Counted from the first letter of the stretch, positions 26,781 to 37,499 are shown. The stretch is 64,000 bases of DNA from a virus (IMGVR_UViG_3300049215_000686:64001-128000); one strand, 5' to 3'. Numbers and translations: made by a program. The notes: generated from the letters alone by a model not told the origin.

Positions 26781-27653
26781 TTAGACGTTTGTTGCCTTAA
26801 GAAGATTCAAACGATCAATTTCAGACTGGATGTCACCCACCTTATTAGAAACAGCCGGCGCTTTTGCAGGCTGCTCGGCAGATTCCCCACCATTTAGCAT
26901 CTTCTTTAATTCAATTGCGGTTACAGGATCATGTGCAGTATGAATATCCTGCATGAGGCTTCCATATTGGACCTCGCCAGAATTCTTCAACTCTTCTCGG
27001 ATTTGAGCCAAAAGTTCCGGAGGGAGCGGCGAACGATCGGGTTTATCCGCAACACTTCCATCTTCCAAAGTGACCGAAGTTTTCTTGAAATCAACCGAAT
27101 ATTCGGTATCAAACATCTTGCCAGTCCGAGTAAATTCAAACCAAACGCCACTTTCAAGAGAAACCGGATCAAAAGCGCCCACCTTGCGACGACAAGCCTC
27201 TAGGATCTTCTTCGCCAAGGCATCATGGGCAGTTTTACCAAGTTCAAGCATCACAACTCGACCATCTGAAGTCACGGCATTGTAGAGCCAGAAACGACGG
27301 GCGCGAAACTTTGAAATATATTCCTTGAGTTCTTTTGCTGAAGAATCATTCCCATTAGCCTCAGCACGCTTCAATTCATCCTCAGCCTGTCTGACTTGAG
27401 CACAAACCGGGCAAAAACCCTCATGTGGATAGGAACAGCCAACGCTTCTCTCTTTTCCATTGTTCCCAATAAATCCCCAATGCATGGTGTACTTATGAAA
27501 CAAAGATCCACCATGATTCGTTCCAAAGGGAGGGAGAATTCGGTAACAGGAAACCCCGTCCTTAATCCTCTCTCGGCGTCTTACAAAATTACCGGAAGAA
27601 TTCTCGATACCATCGATATTAAAACTCAAATTTAAGTTATTTAAATCACTCAT
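26781..27653 (-). CDS. gp32-like single-stranded DNA-binding protein
   Basis: RILPP, H.G, C....CPVC, FDP...G.....RTG...DTEY. Confidence 0.85.
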   Translation of the reverse strand: MSDLNNLNLSFNIDGIENSSGNFVRRRERIKDGVSCYRILPPFGTNHGGSLFHKYTMHWGFIGNNGKERSVGCSYPHEGFCPVCAQVRQAEDELKRAEANGNDSSAKELKEYISKFRARRFWLYNAVTSDGRVVMLELGKTAHDALAKKILEACRRKVGAFDPVSLESGVWFEFTRTGKMFDTEYSVDFKKTSVTLEDGSVADKPDRSPLPPELLAQIREELKNSGEVQYGSLMQDIHTAHDPVTAIELKKMLNGGESAEQPAKAPAVSNKVGDIQSEIDRLNLLKATNV

Positions 27654-28260
27654 TTACTTGTCTCCTCATCTCTATTTGGTTAGTTTTTTCCATGATTGCT
27701 TTGGCCACCTTCTTGATAGCCCCTGCACTTGAATTGGGTTTTAGAAAATAATCGGACTTCACTTTATCCGGATCTTCACCCACAAATATTGTGACGAACT
27801 GTTTTCCTAACAGTCGCTTAAGTTCTAAAATTTCATTGGCACCAACATTGGTGACAATATGAATTCCATCCTTTTGATCTTCGAAATACGAAACCAATTG
27901 ATCAAGAAGCCAATATTCACCAAAGGACTGAACTCCCACATAATAAATGAAAAAATAAATAGCCTCTGCTGGCGTGCCCAATACCTTTCCTACAAAGTTC
28001 TGAACGGGGCGAATGCCTAAACTCAGTTTTGAGAAGAAGTGCCTCACATGCGAATCATTCACAACGAGAGGGGTTTTAAAGGGATGATCAAGTGATCTTC
28101 CAATTGACTTAGACAATGCGTCCAAAACCAATTGCTCAATAGGGAAAATAGACGCGGCATGAGGAGTGAGGCCAGAAATTATCCCCTGAATCTGTTCTTG
28201 CTCCAAACTGTGGTCATAAGCGACGGCAACCAATTTTTTTATATTAGCCGGTTTTTTCAC
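27646..28260 (-). CDS. hypothetical protein, degenerate dNMP-kinase-like
   Basis: FGEYWL...IVTNV..NE pattern; no P-loop. Confidence 0.35.
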   Translation of the reverse strand: MKKPANIKKLVAVAYDHSLEQEQIQGIISGLTPHAASIFPIEQLVLDALSKSIGRSLDHPFKTPLVVNDSHVRHFFSKLSLGIRPVQNFVGKVLGTPAEAIYFFIYYVGVQSFGEYWLLDQLVSYFEDQKDGIHIVTNVGANEILELKRLLGKQFVTIFVGEDPDKVKSDYFLKPNSSAGAIKKVAKAIMEKTNQIEMRRQVNE

Positions 28261-28660
28261 GAGAGATCTCCTTGCTGCAATTTAGATAAACTTCCGTTTG
28301 TGTCTCAATAAACTTAGGAAAATCAATTCGACTACGGTCTAAAATGATGACGGAAACACCAATTTGAATTCGGTCCCCATCTTCATTGTTTTGAAAAACC
28401 GGCTTATCTAAGCGATCTTCTTTTTCAAGAATATAAGCCAATTGATGCGCCAATATTTTGGCTGAGGCTTGTTCTTCCATTCTTGCATCCCGCGCGGTCT
28501 CACAAATCATCCGCCTCTCAAGCAAAAACATGTAATCCATATTGCCATTCACCGGCAAATTGACATGAACACCCGAAATCACGTATCCATTCTTCAATTC
28601 CGAATGAAAGATGGATCTCTCCACCAAACGAAGTAACTCATTAAAACGATTTTGGTCCAT
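28244..28660 (-). CDS. hypothetical protein
   Basis: ORF track. Confidence 0.55.
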   Translation of the reverse strand: MDQNRFNELLRLVERSIFHSELKNGYVISGVHVNLPVNGNMDYMFLLERRMICETARDARMEEQASAKILAHQLAYILEKEDRLDKPVFQNNEDGDRIQIGVSVIILDRSRIDFPKFIETQTEVYLNCSKEISREKTG

Positions 28661-28672
28661 TGATGTCGCCCT

Positions 28673-31600
28673 TCAAAATTGATTGATTGCCTGGACCGAT
28701 AAAGACCACTTTCCAGGTTCTCGGCTTTCTCTTAATATACCTTTTACGAAAATTATCTTTCCGTCCTTAGGCGCCCCAATTTTGGCGTACAAATCAGGCC
28801 AGAGTATGCATTCCAGGGAATCCCCGTCATTAACGATCTGACATCGAAGGGCAGTTACTTGCTGGTTGGTTTTTTTGTCCTTATACCTAAATTCTTCGTG
28901 CTTCTGGACAAGACCAACCCATCCCACTTGAGGAGTCTTTAGTGTGGGAATTTGTCTTAAATTCCGAATTACACGAATTGTTTCATTATTAATCCGGCCC
29001 GAAATTCTTCCCGTGTCATCATAAAGGAAGTATTTCTTCATCAATAAATCTTTAAAATAGTCGTGAACATCCATCCGATAAATGGGGAGGAGTTGTAGTC
29101 TTAAAATCTCAAGTTCGACATCGTCCGAATAAAGAATCGGGACATCGACCTTCTTCCCCGATTTGAGATAGGCCTCAACCGCTGCAAAAAGTTCTTGTCC
29201 CCTTTTTCCACGACCGATCTTCAAATCTTCTACGCGCCTAAACGCATGATAGAGCCACAATAGTTCTTTGGGTTTAGCAGTCGCGATCGGATCAAAGGCG
29301 CCACATAAGACAAGAGCATGCATGATCTTTTGATCCACGGCTTGTTTATCGATTCGGTCATAGAAATCTTGAAAACTCTTAAAATCGCCGCCCGCCTGTC
29401 TGGCATTTCGAATACTTTGACATGCCGAATCACCAATGCCGTCAATCAAATAAAGGGGCGCATGAACTTTCCCATCTCGCAATTCGAAGGTATCCGTTGG
29501 GCCATTAACGTGAGGCAAAACAAGCAAGTCCTTAATCGCGTAAGCGTAGCCTTTGTCTCGAATATCATCGGTCTTTGCGTTTTGAAGAACAGCCGTCCAC
29601 CACTCCAGGGGATAGTAATGCTTCAGGAACATGCATTGATACGCAACAGTTGCATAACTAGCGGAGTGCGCTTTATTGAAAGAATAACTTGCCGACGCAA
29701 CGCACAAATCGATTAAAACTTTAATCTGCGCTTCCGTCCAATTTCGCTCATGAAGGCGCTTGCGGATCTCTGGAAGAGTTTTTTCCATGTCCTGCTTTTT
29801 CTTTTTTGCAATCAGTTCTCTGATTTGATCGGCTTCTTCGGGAGAATAGCCCGCGAGGTCTGAGAAAATTTGTTGGAGTTGCTCCTGATAGACCGCAACC
29901 CCATAGGTCTCTTTTAAAATGGGCTCAAGGCCAGGATGGACATAACTCTCGCCTAATTTGCCATCACGACGAGCGATGAACGCTTCCGTCATGGTATAAG
30001 AGCCTTCTTCCGGATTAGGGATGCCAGTATCAGCCGTCAAGGGTCCAGGTCGCACTAAGGCGACAATCGCGCTCAAATCTTTAAGAGAGCGCGGACGAAT
30101 TCGTTTACAGAATGCGGTAAGAAGAGGAGTATTCATTTGAAAAACAGTTTCAGTTTTGCCTAAATCAAAATCTTTAAAAACGGCTTCTTCTGCGGGTAAT
30201 TGATAAATATCGAGGATTTTTCCATCCGGCATTGGAACCTGGTCAACACCCAGGTCACCTTGCCAAATATCAAAACTCTCCGATTGGATCGTTATTTTGT
30301 CGCGATTTACTTTATAGCCTAAACGTTTTTGTACGAGGCGAACACACGCCGAAATATCCGAAAGAGTATTTACTCTGAGAAAATCGAATTTGATTAAACC
30401 AGCCTTCTCGCTCGGAACCGCCGTGTATTGAGTAACAATATTACCGCCGATATTGCAGGTCGGAACCGATTCCCAAATCGGACGATCTGAAATAAAAAAA
30501 GCCGACGCATGCCTCCCAACGCTTCGCGGTATCCCCAACAATTTCAGGACCATGCGGAATACATCGTCATATTCCTGAAAGAACTTTTTCAGCACTGGAT
30601 TTTGATCAAGATGTCCTTGATGGATATGCCCTTCGGCATCGGTATATCCCACCAAAAAATCCTCATCAGCAACACCAGTCGGTGTATTGGGGATGGTTTT
30701 GGTTACTGCATCAACTTTAGGATCTTGAGAATTCATTCCCAAAAGGACGCGGCAAGCGTCCTTAATCGCTGACTTAATCTTCAGCGTTCCATGAGTTGAA
30801 CATTGAGCGAATTGATTACCATAAGTTTCCGAAAGTTTTGCGATCAAAAGATCTCGTTGACCCAAATCCCAATCAATATCTGGGAACTTCCCGCGTTTTA
30901 ACCTTCCCATTGACAGAAACCGCTCAAAGGGCAGGTTTAGATCAAAAGGATTAAGATGCGTAATTTTCAATAAATAACATAACAAACTGCCAGCCCCAGA
31001 CCCGCGACCGGGAGCAGATAAAATAGAGTGATCACGAGTCCACCGACCCCAAAACTCCAAGAACAAAAAGTACCGAGAGAAATCAATAATCCCATTATCG
31101 CAGATAATCGTAATTTCTTTAGACAGCCGGCCAACATATTTCGGATCATTCCAATCCATCCTTCCGTTCTCTTGAACTCTTTTCATCAAAAGAACTTTAA
31201 ATTTATCAGCATCAGGAATCTGTGCAGTCTCAATCTCTACAGGCAAAGAGATTTCAGGCTGCTTAAATTCGTCCTGGATTTGAAATCCCTTAGCCCGATC
31301 GGCGATTTCATGGTTGGATTGAACCGCCTCTAAAAAAAGAGACGACTCTTTCTTGCCGCTCCCAATGTGTTTTGACCAGTGTTCCCATGCTTCTTGGGTC
31401 GTCATCATGTGGTAAGAATTATAAAACCTCCAACCATCGGGATCTCCGTTTTGTAAAAGAACGTCTTGAACCGCCTTTTGCTCTGGAGAAACAAAATGAG
31501 AATCAATTGTCAACAAAAGAGGAAGATGATACTTTGCAGCAAAATCAATATTGCGAAGATTGCATGCCTTTTGAAGGTCTCCTTCAGGAGAAAAATCAGT

Positions 31601-32257
31601 GCATTCATTCTGGATAAACTTTTTCAATTTTCGGTCATAATTATGAGTTACACAATGCGGCATGACCTCTAAATAAAAGCGCCCCTTAAATACATCGAGC
31701 AATTTAATAAGGTTTTGCTCCGCGCCATCATATTCACCTTGTAAAAGAGATTTATTAATTGCGCCGATCAGGCACCCAGAACCCAGAACCAATCCTTCAT
31801 GATACTGAAACAATTCATTAAAAGTGATTCTCGGTTTTTCCGATCCAACCTTTTTAACAACTCGTTTTGACCCATCCGGAAGTTTTTCATCAAAAGAAAT
31901 TGAGCCCAAACGAAGAAGATTTCGATATCCCACGTCATTCGTCGCCCACGCAGTGATATGGTAATAATCGTAAGGTTTGCCTACAAATTGGTAATTCTTT
32001 TCAGGACAAACGTAAAATTCAACACCCGGAAGTGGCGTAATTCCGGCTGCCTGGCTCTTCTTAATAAGGTCCAAAAGACCGATCATCCATCCATGATCAG
32101 TAATCCCTAAAGCAGAAGCGCCATTTTCCTTACACCAATCAATATAGTCATCAATCCCGCTTGCTCCATCGAGCACGGAATAACTGGTGTGGGTATGGAG
32201 CGGAAGAAGTTGAAGATCAGTTGGACACTTCATCGGGTTCCTTTTCGATCTCCCCAA
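28673..32257 (-). CDS. dnaE: DNA polymerase III alpha subunit
   Basis: PHP HTHTSYS.LDG/TDHG/DSH; GRGSGAGSL; FPDIDWD; GLIKFDFL; YSFNKAHS. Confidence 0.97.
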   Translation of the reverse strand: MGRSKRNPMKCPTDLQLLPLHTHTSYSVLDGASGIDDYIDWCKENGASALGITDHGWMIGLLDLIKKSQAAGITPLPGVEFYVCPEKNYQFVGKPYDYYHITAWATNDVGYRNLLRLGSISFDEKLPDGSKRVVKKVGSEKPRITFNELFQYHEGLVLGSGCLIGAINKSLLQGEYDGAEQNLIKLLDVFKGRFYLEVMPHCVTHNYDRKLKKFIQNECTDFSPEGDLQKACNLRNIDFAAKYHLPLLLTIDSHFVSPEQKAVQDVLLQNGDPDGWRFYNSYHMMTTQEAWEHWSKHIGSGKKESSLFLEAVQSNHEIADRAKGFQIQDEFKQPEISLPVEIETAQIPDADKFKVLLMKRVQENGRMDWNDPKYVGRLSKEITIICDNGIIDFSRYFLFLEFWGRWTRDHSILSAPGRGSGAGSLLCYLLKITHLNPFDLNLPFERFLSMGRLKRGKFPDIDWDLGQRDLLIAKLSETYGNQFAQCSTHGTLKIKSAIKDACRVLLGMNSQDPKVDAVTKTIPNTPTGVADEDFLVGYTDAEGHIHQGHLDQNPVLKKFFQEYDDVFRMVLKLLGIPRSVGRHASAFFISDRPIWESVPTCNIGGNIVTQYTAVPSEKAGLIKFDFLRVNTLSDISACVRLVQKRLGYKVNRDKITIQSESFDIWQGDLGVDQVPMPDGKILDIYQLPAEEAVFKDFDLGKTETVFQMNTPLLTAFCKRIRPRSLKDLSAIVALVRPGPLTADTGIPNPEEGSYTMTEAFIARRDGKLGESYVHPGLEPILKETYGVAVYQEQLQQIFSDLAGYSPEEADQIRELIAKKKKQDMEKTLPEIRKRLHERNWTEAQIKVLIDLCVASASYSFNKAHSASYATVAYQCMFLKHYYPLEWWTAVLQNAKTDDIRDKGYAYAIKDLLVLPHVNGPTDTFELRDGKVHAPLYLIDGIGDSACQSIRNARQAGGDFKSFQDFYDRIDKQAVDQKIMHALVLCGAFDPIATAKPKELLWLYHAFRRVEDLKIGRGKRGQELFAAVEAYLKSGKKVDVPILYSDDVELEILRLQLLPIYRMDVHDYFKDLLMKKYFLYDDTGRISGRINNETIRVIRNLRQIPTLKTPQVGWVGLVQKHEEFRYKDKKTNQQVTALRCQIVNDGDSLECILWPDLYAKIGAPKDGKIIFVKGILRESREPGKWSLSVQAINQF

Positions 32258-32444
32258 AAACAGCAGGAACTTTACCCTTCACCAATACGTCCATATCGAA
32301 CTCGGTTGGAAAGTGACGAAGACACCAATACGCCTGGCGACGGATCTCTTTGGGTACTCGCGAAGTTTGTTTAGGATCTAGGAGTGAGCGAAGGAAGACT
32401 CTCGCGTTCCTGATCGCGCGGGTGCGCTCGTTAGGAAGCGTCAT
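32217..32444 (-). CDS. small conserved hypothetical protein (MTLP.ERTRA...LRHFP type)
   Basis: Recognisable motif. Confidence 0.7.
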   Translation of the reverse strand: MTLPNERTRAIRNARVFLRSLLDPKQTSRVPKEIRRQAYWCLRHFPTEFDMDVLVKGKVPAVFGEIEKEPDEVSN

Positions 32445-32797
32445 TACCGCGTTCTCGCCCGGCGGATCTGCCGCGTTTCGCGAACGATATTCTCTTTCCT
32501 TCCGCCTTGGATATACTTGGCCAAATCGGGGCGAGCCATCACAGGGACTTCACGGCGATCGTCTTGCTTCAAAACAATCCGTCCCGACGGAGTTCGCATT
32601 TCTACCAATCCCGGCGATTTTATCTTTTCGCCGGTCGGTATCAAAATAATCCCGAGTTGCATCCCTTCATTGTATTTTTTTATCTCAGAGTGGAGGGATT
32701 GATGAGCCTCTTCTTTTGTATGACCAACACCCTTTAAAAGAGTGCCGGTTAGTCTCATATATCTCGTTAGGACGTACTTTCCTTGGCTATCACGCAT
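32444..32797 (-). CDS. hypothetical protein
   Basis: ORF track. Confidence 0.5.
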   Translation of the reverse strand: MRDSQGKYVLTRYMRLTGTLLKGVGHTKEEAHQSLHSEIKKYNEGMQLGIILIPTGEKIKSPGLVEMRTPSGRIVLKQDDRREVPVMARPDLAKYIQGGRKENIVRETRQIRRARTR

Positions 32798-33327
32798 GAT
32801 TGTTCCCCTTCCTTAGGAAAATTTAAACTAGCATACTCTCCAAACAATTCTCTCGCCGCTCGATCATAAGCGTGAGCAGCATCTTCTTCTAAGATAAATA
32901 TACCTAAATGCTTCGTTTTCCATCTACCGGCTGTATAGCAAATAACTGCTTTCCATTTTTTATCAGCCTTAGACCAGCAAACACCCTTATATTTGGAAGC
33001 AGAATCCTGGCGTTTCCTAGAATTCCTCGCATTCTCTGCCCGTGTTGCGATTCTCAAATTGGATTTTTGATTATTCAAACCATTGCGGTCTTTGTGATCC
33101 AGAAAAACGTTTGGATCCGTGACTCCAAAAATTTCTCTATGCATTAAAACGAACTTTCTTACCCCATCAATATCAGAATGACGCCTTGCGTAAATGCCTC
33201 TTGGCCATTTTACAATATGCCATGTCCATCTCATTAAACGATCATAATCTTCATCATCAATAAGGACAGAAAATTCACCAAATTTTTTGCTATAAATCTT
33301 GATCTCTTTCATTATTTCAATTTCCAT
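32767..33327 (-). CDS. HNH-AP2 homing endonuclease
   Basis: MHREI..DHKDRNGLNNQKSNLR; SKYKGV...LG.F..EEDAA.AYD.AA..LFG. Confidence 0.92.
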   Translation of the reverse strand: MEIEIMKEIKIYSKKFGEFSVLIDDEDYDRLMRWTWHIVKWPRGIYARRHSDIDGVRKFVLMHREIFGVTDPNVFLDHKDRNGLNNQKSNLRIATRAENARNSRKRQDSASKYKGVCWSKADKKWKAVICYTAGRWKTKHLGIFILEEDAAHAYDRAARELFGEYASLNFPKEGEQSCVIAKESTS

Positions 33328-34855
33328 GAACGTATCGAGCGTGAAGATCCCTTTTCATCGTTTTAATCTTGGAACTGAAAATTTCCTTAGGCATCGGAAA
33401 CGAGTGGAACTCCTCTCGGACGCGATTCCTAACTTCTCTAAAGTCTTCCCGGTAACATAAACCGCTGCCATCTATACCATCAAACCAAAGCACCAATTCA
33501 TCTTGTCCTGATTCATCTATTGATCGAACCGTCGGAAGAAGTTCGTGCCGATCACTCAGTTCCCGGACGATTTTAACCAATCCAGGCACCGAACCCTTCC
33601 CAGGCGTGTGGCTGAATTTCATCACCGGACGCTTTTGCTCTCCCACCGCACACAACTTCATAGTTGCCCCGAAGTTGTCTCGACTGAGGCAATTCCTTAA
33701 ATATCCGCCGATGCCATAGACCAAGCATCCGGCAGGATTAAACCCCTTTTTCAAAAGAGCCTCATTGATCTCTAAAATAGACTTAAATGTCATCCCATCG
33801 CCCTGGATCGCGCGTAAACAGGTCATACTGATCAGGCCATTTGAGTTTTTTACATAAAGCCCAGCATCAACTGCGGCCTCCAAAACATAGAGAATTTGCT
33901 CCAGAGGATCTCCTGAATCCGGACGAGCGACAATGACTCCTCCCGTCTCCTTTGCTTTTTTGGCGAGAGGAACTAGATAAGAATCCACTGCGGTATAAAA
34001 ATTGTAACAATCCGCGACATGAGAAGTGAATGTATTGGGCTCGGCGTAATAAAGGGCAAGATAGGAATCTTCTTCTTCATCGAATCCCTGAACAATGCGG
34101 TGAGCCAAAGCCTTAATCGAACATCCCCAAGGGGTTTCACCCGAGGCTTTCCAGGCAAGATAGGCAGCAACCGTTGTGTCGGTCCCAAAATGACTGGTCA
34201 AATGAGCCAGTCCCAGAACTTCACTTTCTTGAGGGCAGGATCCGGCACGATCGCCAAAATCATGTGTCATCAAGGCGGCCAGGATATTTAAGTCATTTTC
34301 ACTTAAATATCCTGGCGAATGCTCCTTGACTAATTTGCGGTTATAATCTAACCAGTGCCGCATAAGGGTGGCGCGCTCACTGGGTGCCCAAACTTGAAGG
34401 AGTTTGCTCTCGAAATAGCCAGCAAACTCCCCAAAACCATCCTTGGCTTCGATTTGAATGACAGGCTCGCCCGGCAGGCAAGTTGCTCCGTCTTTCATCG
34501 CCCATATCCTTATGGGTATTAAACCTTTTTTCTCAGTAACAACGCGATCCCAAATCGTACGGTCGTATTTAAACGGGAGCGCGCCCGCATGGAAGGTCGA
34601 TAAAAACCGATCCGCTTCTTCTACCTCTTCCATGGTAACTGGCTTGCTAAAAAGATCAACTAAAATTCTTTGCAGACCGTGAAAAATAAAACGAGACTCA
34701 CATCCCAAGATCTCCATCCATTCAGGTCGCTTACGGAAGATCACCTGATAAGCCGAGTATTCTTTGGCCTTTGAAGATACATGGGGACCACTTCCAACCG
34801 TATAGGCATCTGCCAACAGAATCCTTGGGATTATATTGCCGTTTCCTTTGAGCAA
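33317..34855 (-). CDS. nadV: nicotinamide phosphoribosyltransferase
   Basis: LADAY...H, HDFGDR, AHL..FGTDT, RPDSGDP, IQGDG, G.GG.L. Confidence 0.9.
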   Translation of the reverse strand: MLKGNGNIIPRILLADAYTVGSGPHVSSKAKEYSAYQVIFRKRPEWMEILGCESRFIFHGLQRILVDLFSKPVTMEEVEEADRFLSTFHAGALPFKYDRTIWDRVVTEKKGLIPIRIWAMKDGATCLPGEPVIQIEAKDGFGEFAGYFESKLLQVWAPSERATLMRHWLDYNRKLVKEHSPGYLSENDLNILAALMTHDFGDRAGSCPQESEVLGLAHLTSHFGTDTTVAAYLAWKASGETPWGCSIKALAHRIVQGFDEEEDSYLALYYAEPNTFTSHVADCYNFYTAVDSYLVPLAKKAKETGGVIVARPDSGDPLEQILYVLEAAVDAGLYVKNSNGLISMTCLRAIQGDGMTFKSILEINEALLKKGFNPAGCLVYGIGGYLRNCLSRDNFGATMKLCAVGEQKRPVMKFSHTPGKGSVPGLVKIVRELSDRHELLPTVRSIDESGQDELVLWFDGIDGSGLCYREDFREVRNRVREEFHSFPMPKEIFSSKIKTMKRDLHARYVHGN

Positions 34856-35739
34856 GAATATTTTTGAATAAGTTCCTGAAACAATTCTTTGTGGGTATCG
34901 ACCAGATTGGGAATCGACTCATGAGACACCGGAAACCATGAGACTTCTTGAAGATCGTCTCCGGCTTTCGGAACTCCGTCGAATAAGGTCGTAGCGAACA
35001 GTACAGTCGTAATTACCCCATCATCAGCATGCCGATAGCGCCAATCCCGATTCCGATGGCTGCAAACATATTCAAGATCATAAACATGAACACCGGTTTC
35101 TTCTTCGGCTTCTCTGGCAGCAGCGTCTTCTAATCGTTCATCTGATTGATCGACAAATCCTCCAGGAAAACACCAAAGAGTATTATTGGGTTTTTTCCCC
35201 AAAAGGACTTTGCCATCACGGATAATGGCGATATCAACCGTTGGAAAAACTCGCTGATAAGTATTCGCGTAAGCGTAAATTACTCCGGCCCGAAAATCGG
35301 CTGAAACCCGAATCCGATTGGCCGTGATTCTCCTCAATTCCGTCCCGCTTGTGGAATATTCGAGTTCGATCTCATGAGTAGGATACTTTCCTTTATAATG
35401 CGGAATAAAAGAATCACGCCCTCCATAAAGAACCACTCTCCCAATCGGGCAGGCCAATTGTACGATGGAATCGAGTTGCTGAGACCAAGAATCATCGGTC
35501 GGCATATCCGCCAATGGAGCGACCAAAATGTCTGAATAAGCCGCCTTAAGCATCTTCTCTCGTGTCGGATAATCCAAGGGATGACGCTTAGAGCCTAGGA
35601 CTTGTGAACAGCCCAATAGAACCAAAACCTGGCCGTGCTGATCGCGGATGTGTTCGATGAGTTTTCGATGCCCATCGTGAAGTTCTGGAACCTGAAAACG
35701 TACTACAATCACTCCTAATTGTATCGATCCTCCGATCAA
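34831..35739 (-). CDS. bifunctional NMN adenylyltransferase / Nudix hydrolase (NadM-Nudix)
   Basis: RFQ...HDGH, STSGTELR, PGGFVD..AAREAEEETG Nudix box. Confidence 0.92.
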   Translation of the reverse strand: MIGGSIQLGVIVVRFQVPELHDGHRKLIEHIRDQHGQVLVLLGCSQVLGSKRHPLDYPTREKMLKAAYSDILVAPLADMPTDDSWSQQLDSIVQLACPIGRVVLYGGRDSFIPHYKGKYPTHEIELEYSTSGTELRRITANRIRVSADFRAGVIYAYANTYQRVFPTVDIAIIRDGKVLLGKKPNNTLWCFPGGFVDQSDERLEDAAAREAEEETGVHVYDLEYVCSHRNRDWRYRHADDGVITTVLFATTLFDGVPKAGDDLQEVSWFPVSHESIPNLVDTHKELFQELIQKYSCSKETAI

Positions 35740-36530
35740 AAAGTGCTTAATTCAGTCCAACGATTCTCAGATTCTCGGAAAAGGATATCTTTTATCGTGT
35801 CCCTAGAATCACGATCCAATTCAAAAAAAGCCTTTTTAACGGCTTCTGGACCCTGTTTTTCCAAGATCTCAAGCAATTGATCCTTTTGGACTTCCATCCT
35901 AAAAGAAGACCCCAATGGATCCACGTTGCTCTCGGTATAAAGCGAATAGCGATATTCAATATTGTGTCCGTTCTCGGATTCACGGTCAAGCAATTGATCG
36001 ATGCTCCAAGTGATTCCCCCTAATTGCTCGGGATGATACTTCCAAGAAGAACGCCGCAGATAGTCACGAAGCCTTCCATAAACAATACTTTGTTCCAATT
36101 TCCGAATCTCAAGTTCCATTTGTTCTTTGGAGCGCTCTCGATGATCCATCACCTTAAACGGATCAAATCCATTTAAAATAGCCAAAAAAACCTCGACCCG
36201 ACATTGATTCACAAAATCATCGTAAGAATACCCGGTATCGCGAAGAGAAAGCACCGGATAGAATTTTCTCACCATGAAATGACACATGGGTTCGTAGCGA
36301 TCGACCCGTTCTTGAGTGATCAGTTGCCCGGCTTTACAGAAAAACTTATTGTTACGAAGTTGCCCACGCTCAGCATATCGCTGCATCCGTCTTGTGTGCT
36401 TTAAAAAAGACTGCCGTTCGGAAGGAGGCTTAGAATTTACCCTCCACTGCCAAAGCAATCTCTTTTGCTTTTTCTTTTGTCTGGTTCTTTTTGGAACAAA
36501 AAAGACATCCTTGTCTTTATCTTGGTTCAT
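35736..36530 (-). CDS. phage sigma-factor-like protein (region 2)
   Basis: YEPMCHFMVRKF...YDDFVNQCR...FDP...GRLRDYLRRSSW resembles sigma region 2.1-2.4. Confidence 0.6.
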   Translation of the reverse strand: MNQDKDKDVFFVPKRTRQKKKQKRLLWQWRVNSKPPSERQSFLKHTRRMQRYAERGQLRNNKFFCKAGQLITQERVDRYEPMCHFMVRKFYPVLSLRDTGYSYDDFVNQCRVEVFLAILNGFDPFKVMDHRERSKEQMELEIRKLEQSIVYGRLRDYLRRSSWKYHPEQLGGITWSIDQLLDRESENGHNIEYRYSLYTESNVDPLGSSFRMEVQKDQLLEILEKQGPEAVKKAFFELDRDSRDTIKDILFRESENRWTELSTF

Positions 36531-36545
36531 AAAATGACCTCAATC

Positions 36546-37499
36546 TTATTTAAAATAAACCTCTAAAAAATCTGATGGCCCGGTAATGGGCCTCGACGAA
36601 TAAAGCGCCTCAATGGTTTCTTCATGAGAGCACTCACCAAAATCTTTCCTCCCGTTTGGCGGTAAAACTCGATAAATTCTTTTTCCCAATCCGATCCTTT
36701 TCACTACCTCATAGACTTCTTCAGCGGCATCGGGATCTAACCCTAAATAAATATCTTGCGCCGGCAGATCGACAACTAACTTAATTTGATCACGACTCAC
36801 GCCCTTCCCAAGACTTGCCACCCCAGAAAATCCATGTGATCTCTTGTCCACACTCACACAATCAAATGGCCCCTCAACTAGAACAACTTTTTCGCTAGTT
36901 TTCGCAAAATCCCAATTAAGTAAGAATTTTGATTTAGAAAACATGTGAGAAATTAAGCGAAGTTCACCCTCTTTTGGCTCAATTCTTCTGGCTTGCCAGC
37001 CGTAAATTTTAGAGTTTTTCTTAATCGGAAAGACCACCGCATCCATCATGGCGTGATACCGAAGATCATAAGAGTAAATAATTTCTGGATCACAAGCATT
37101 CCGCTTGGCTAAATAAGAAAGCCCTCTCGGTGAGAGATGAACCGAAACAAAGTCTGGACCAAGAGAAATTTCTGGTTCTCCTTTTTCTAGAGAAAATTCC
37201 TCTGGATCATCAAGGATGACTTCAAGTCTTTCAACACCAGAATCTCCTGCCCCTGATCCAAAAAAAGTGGAATAAGAATCTTGAATGTGACAATTGGCGA
37301 TGATTGAAACGACCCGGCGCCAAGACCACTTACCTCCACAACGGAAGCAGATGGCGGCGCCATCGTTTTTCCAGATATAGCAGTGCTGTTCCTTGCCGCA
37401 AGACGGGCTCAAGCAATCCGTGACAAATGCACGTTTACTTGACGAATACGTCACGCCATGCTTGTCAAGGAATCGCTGAAGCCTCCATGCCAGCGACAT
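36546..37499 (-). CDS. DNA primase (Zn finger + TOPRIM)
   Basis: C..C..H..C..C; YLAKR; VVFP..GWQAR; VEGPFD; LDPDA; KDFGE. Confidence 0.9.
   Translation of the reverse strand: MSLAWRLQRFLDKHGVTYSSSKRAFVTDCLSPSCGKEQHCYIWKNDGAAICFRCGGKWSWRRVVSIIANCHIQDSYSTFFGSGAGDSGVERLEVILDDPEEFSLEKGEPEISLGPDFVSVHLSPRGLSYLAKRNACDPEIIYSYDLRYHAMMDAVVFPIKKNSKIYGWQARRIEPKEGELRLISHMFSKSKFLLNWDFAKTSEKVVLVEGPFDCVSVDKRSHGFSGVASLGKGVSRDQIKLVVDLPAQDIYLGLDPDAAEEVYEVVKRIGLGKRIYRVLPPNGRKDFGECSHEETIEALYSSRPITGPSDFLEVYFK

Noticed and set aside
21607-32257. Inteins or introns in terminase, RecA or DnaE
   Set aside because: ORFs are continuous, of normal length, and show no intein junction motifs.
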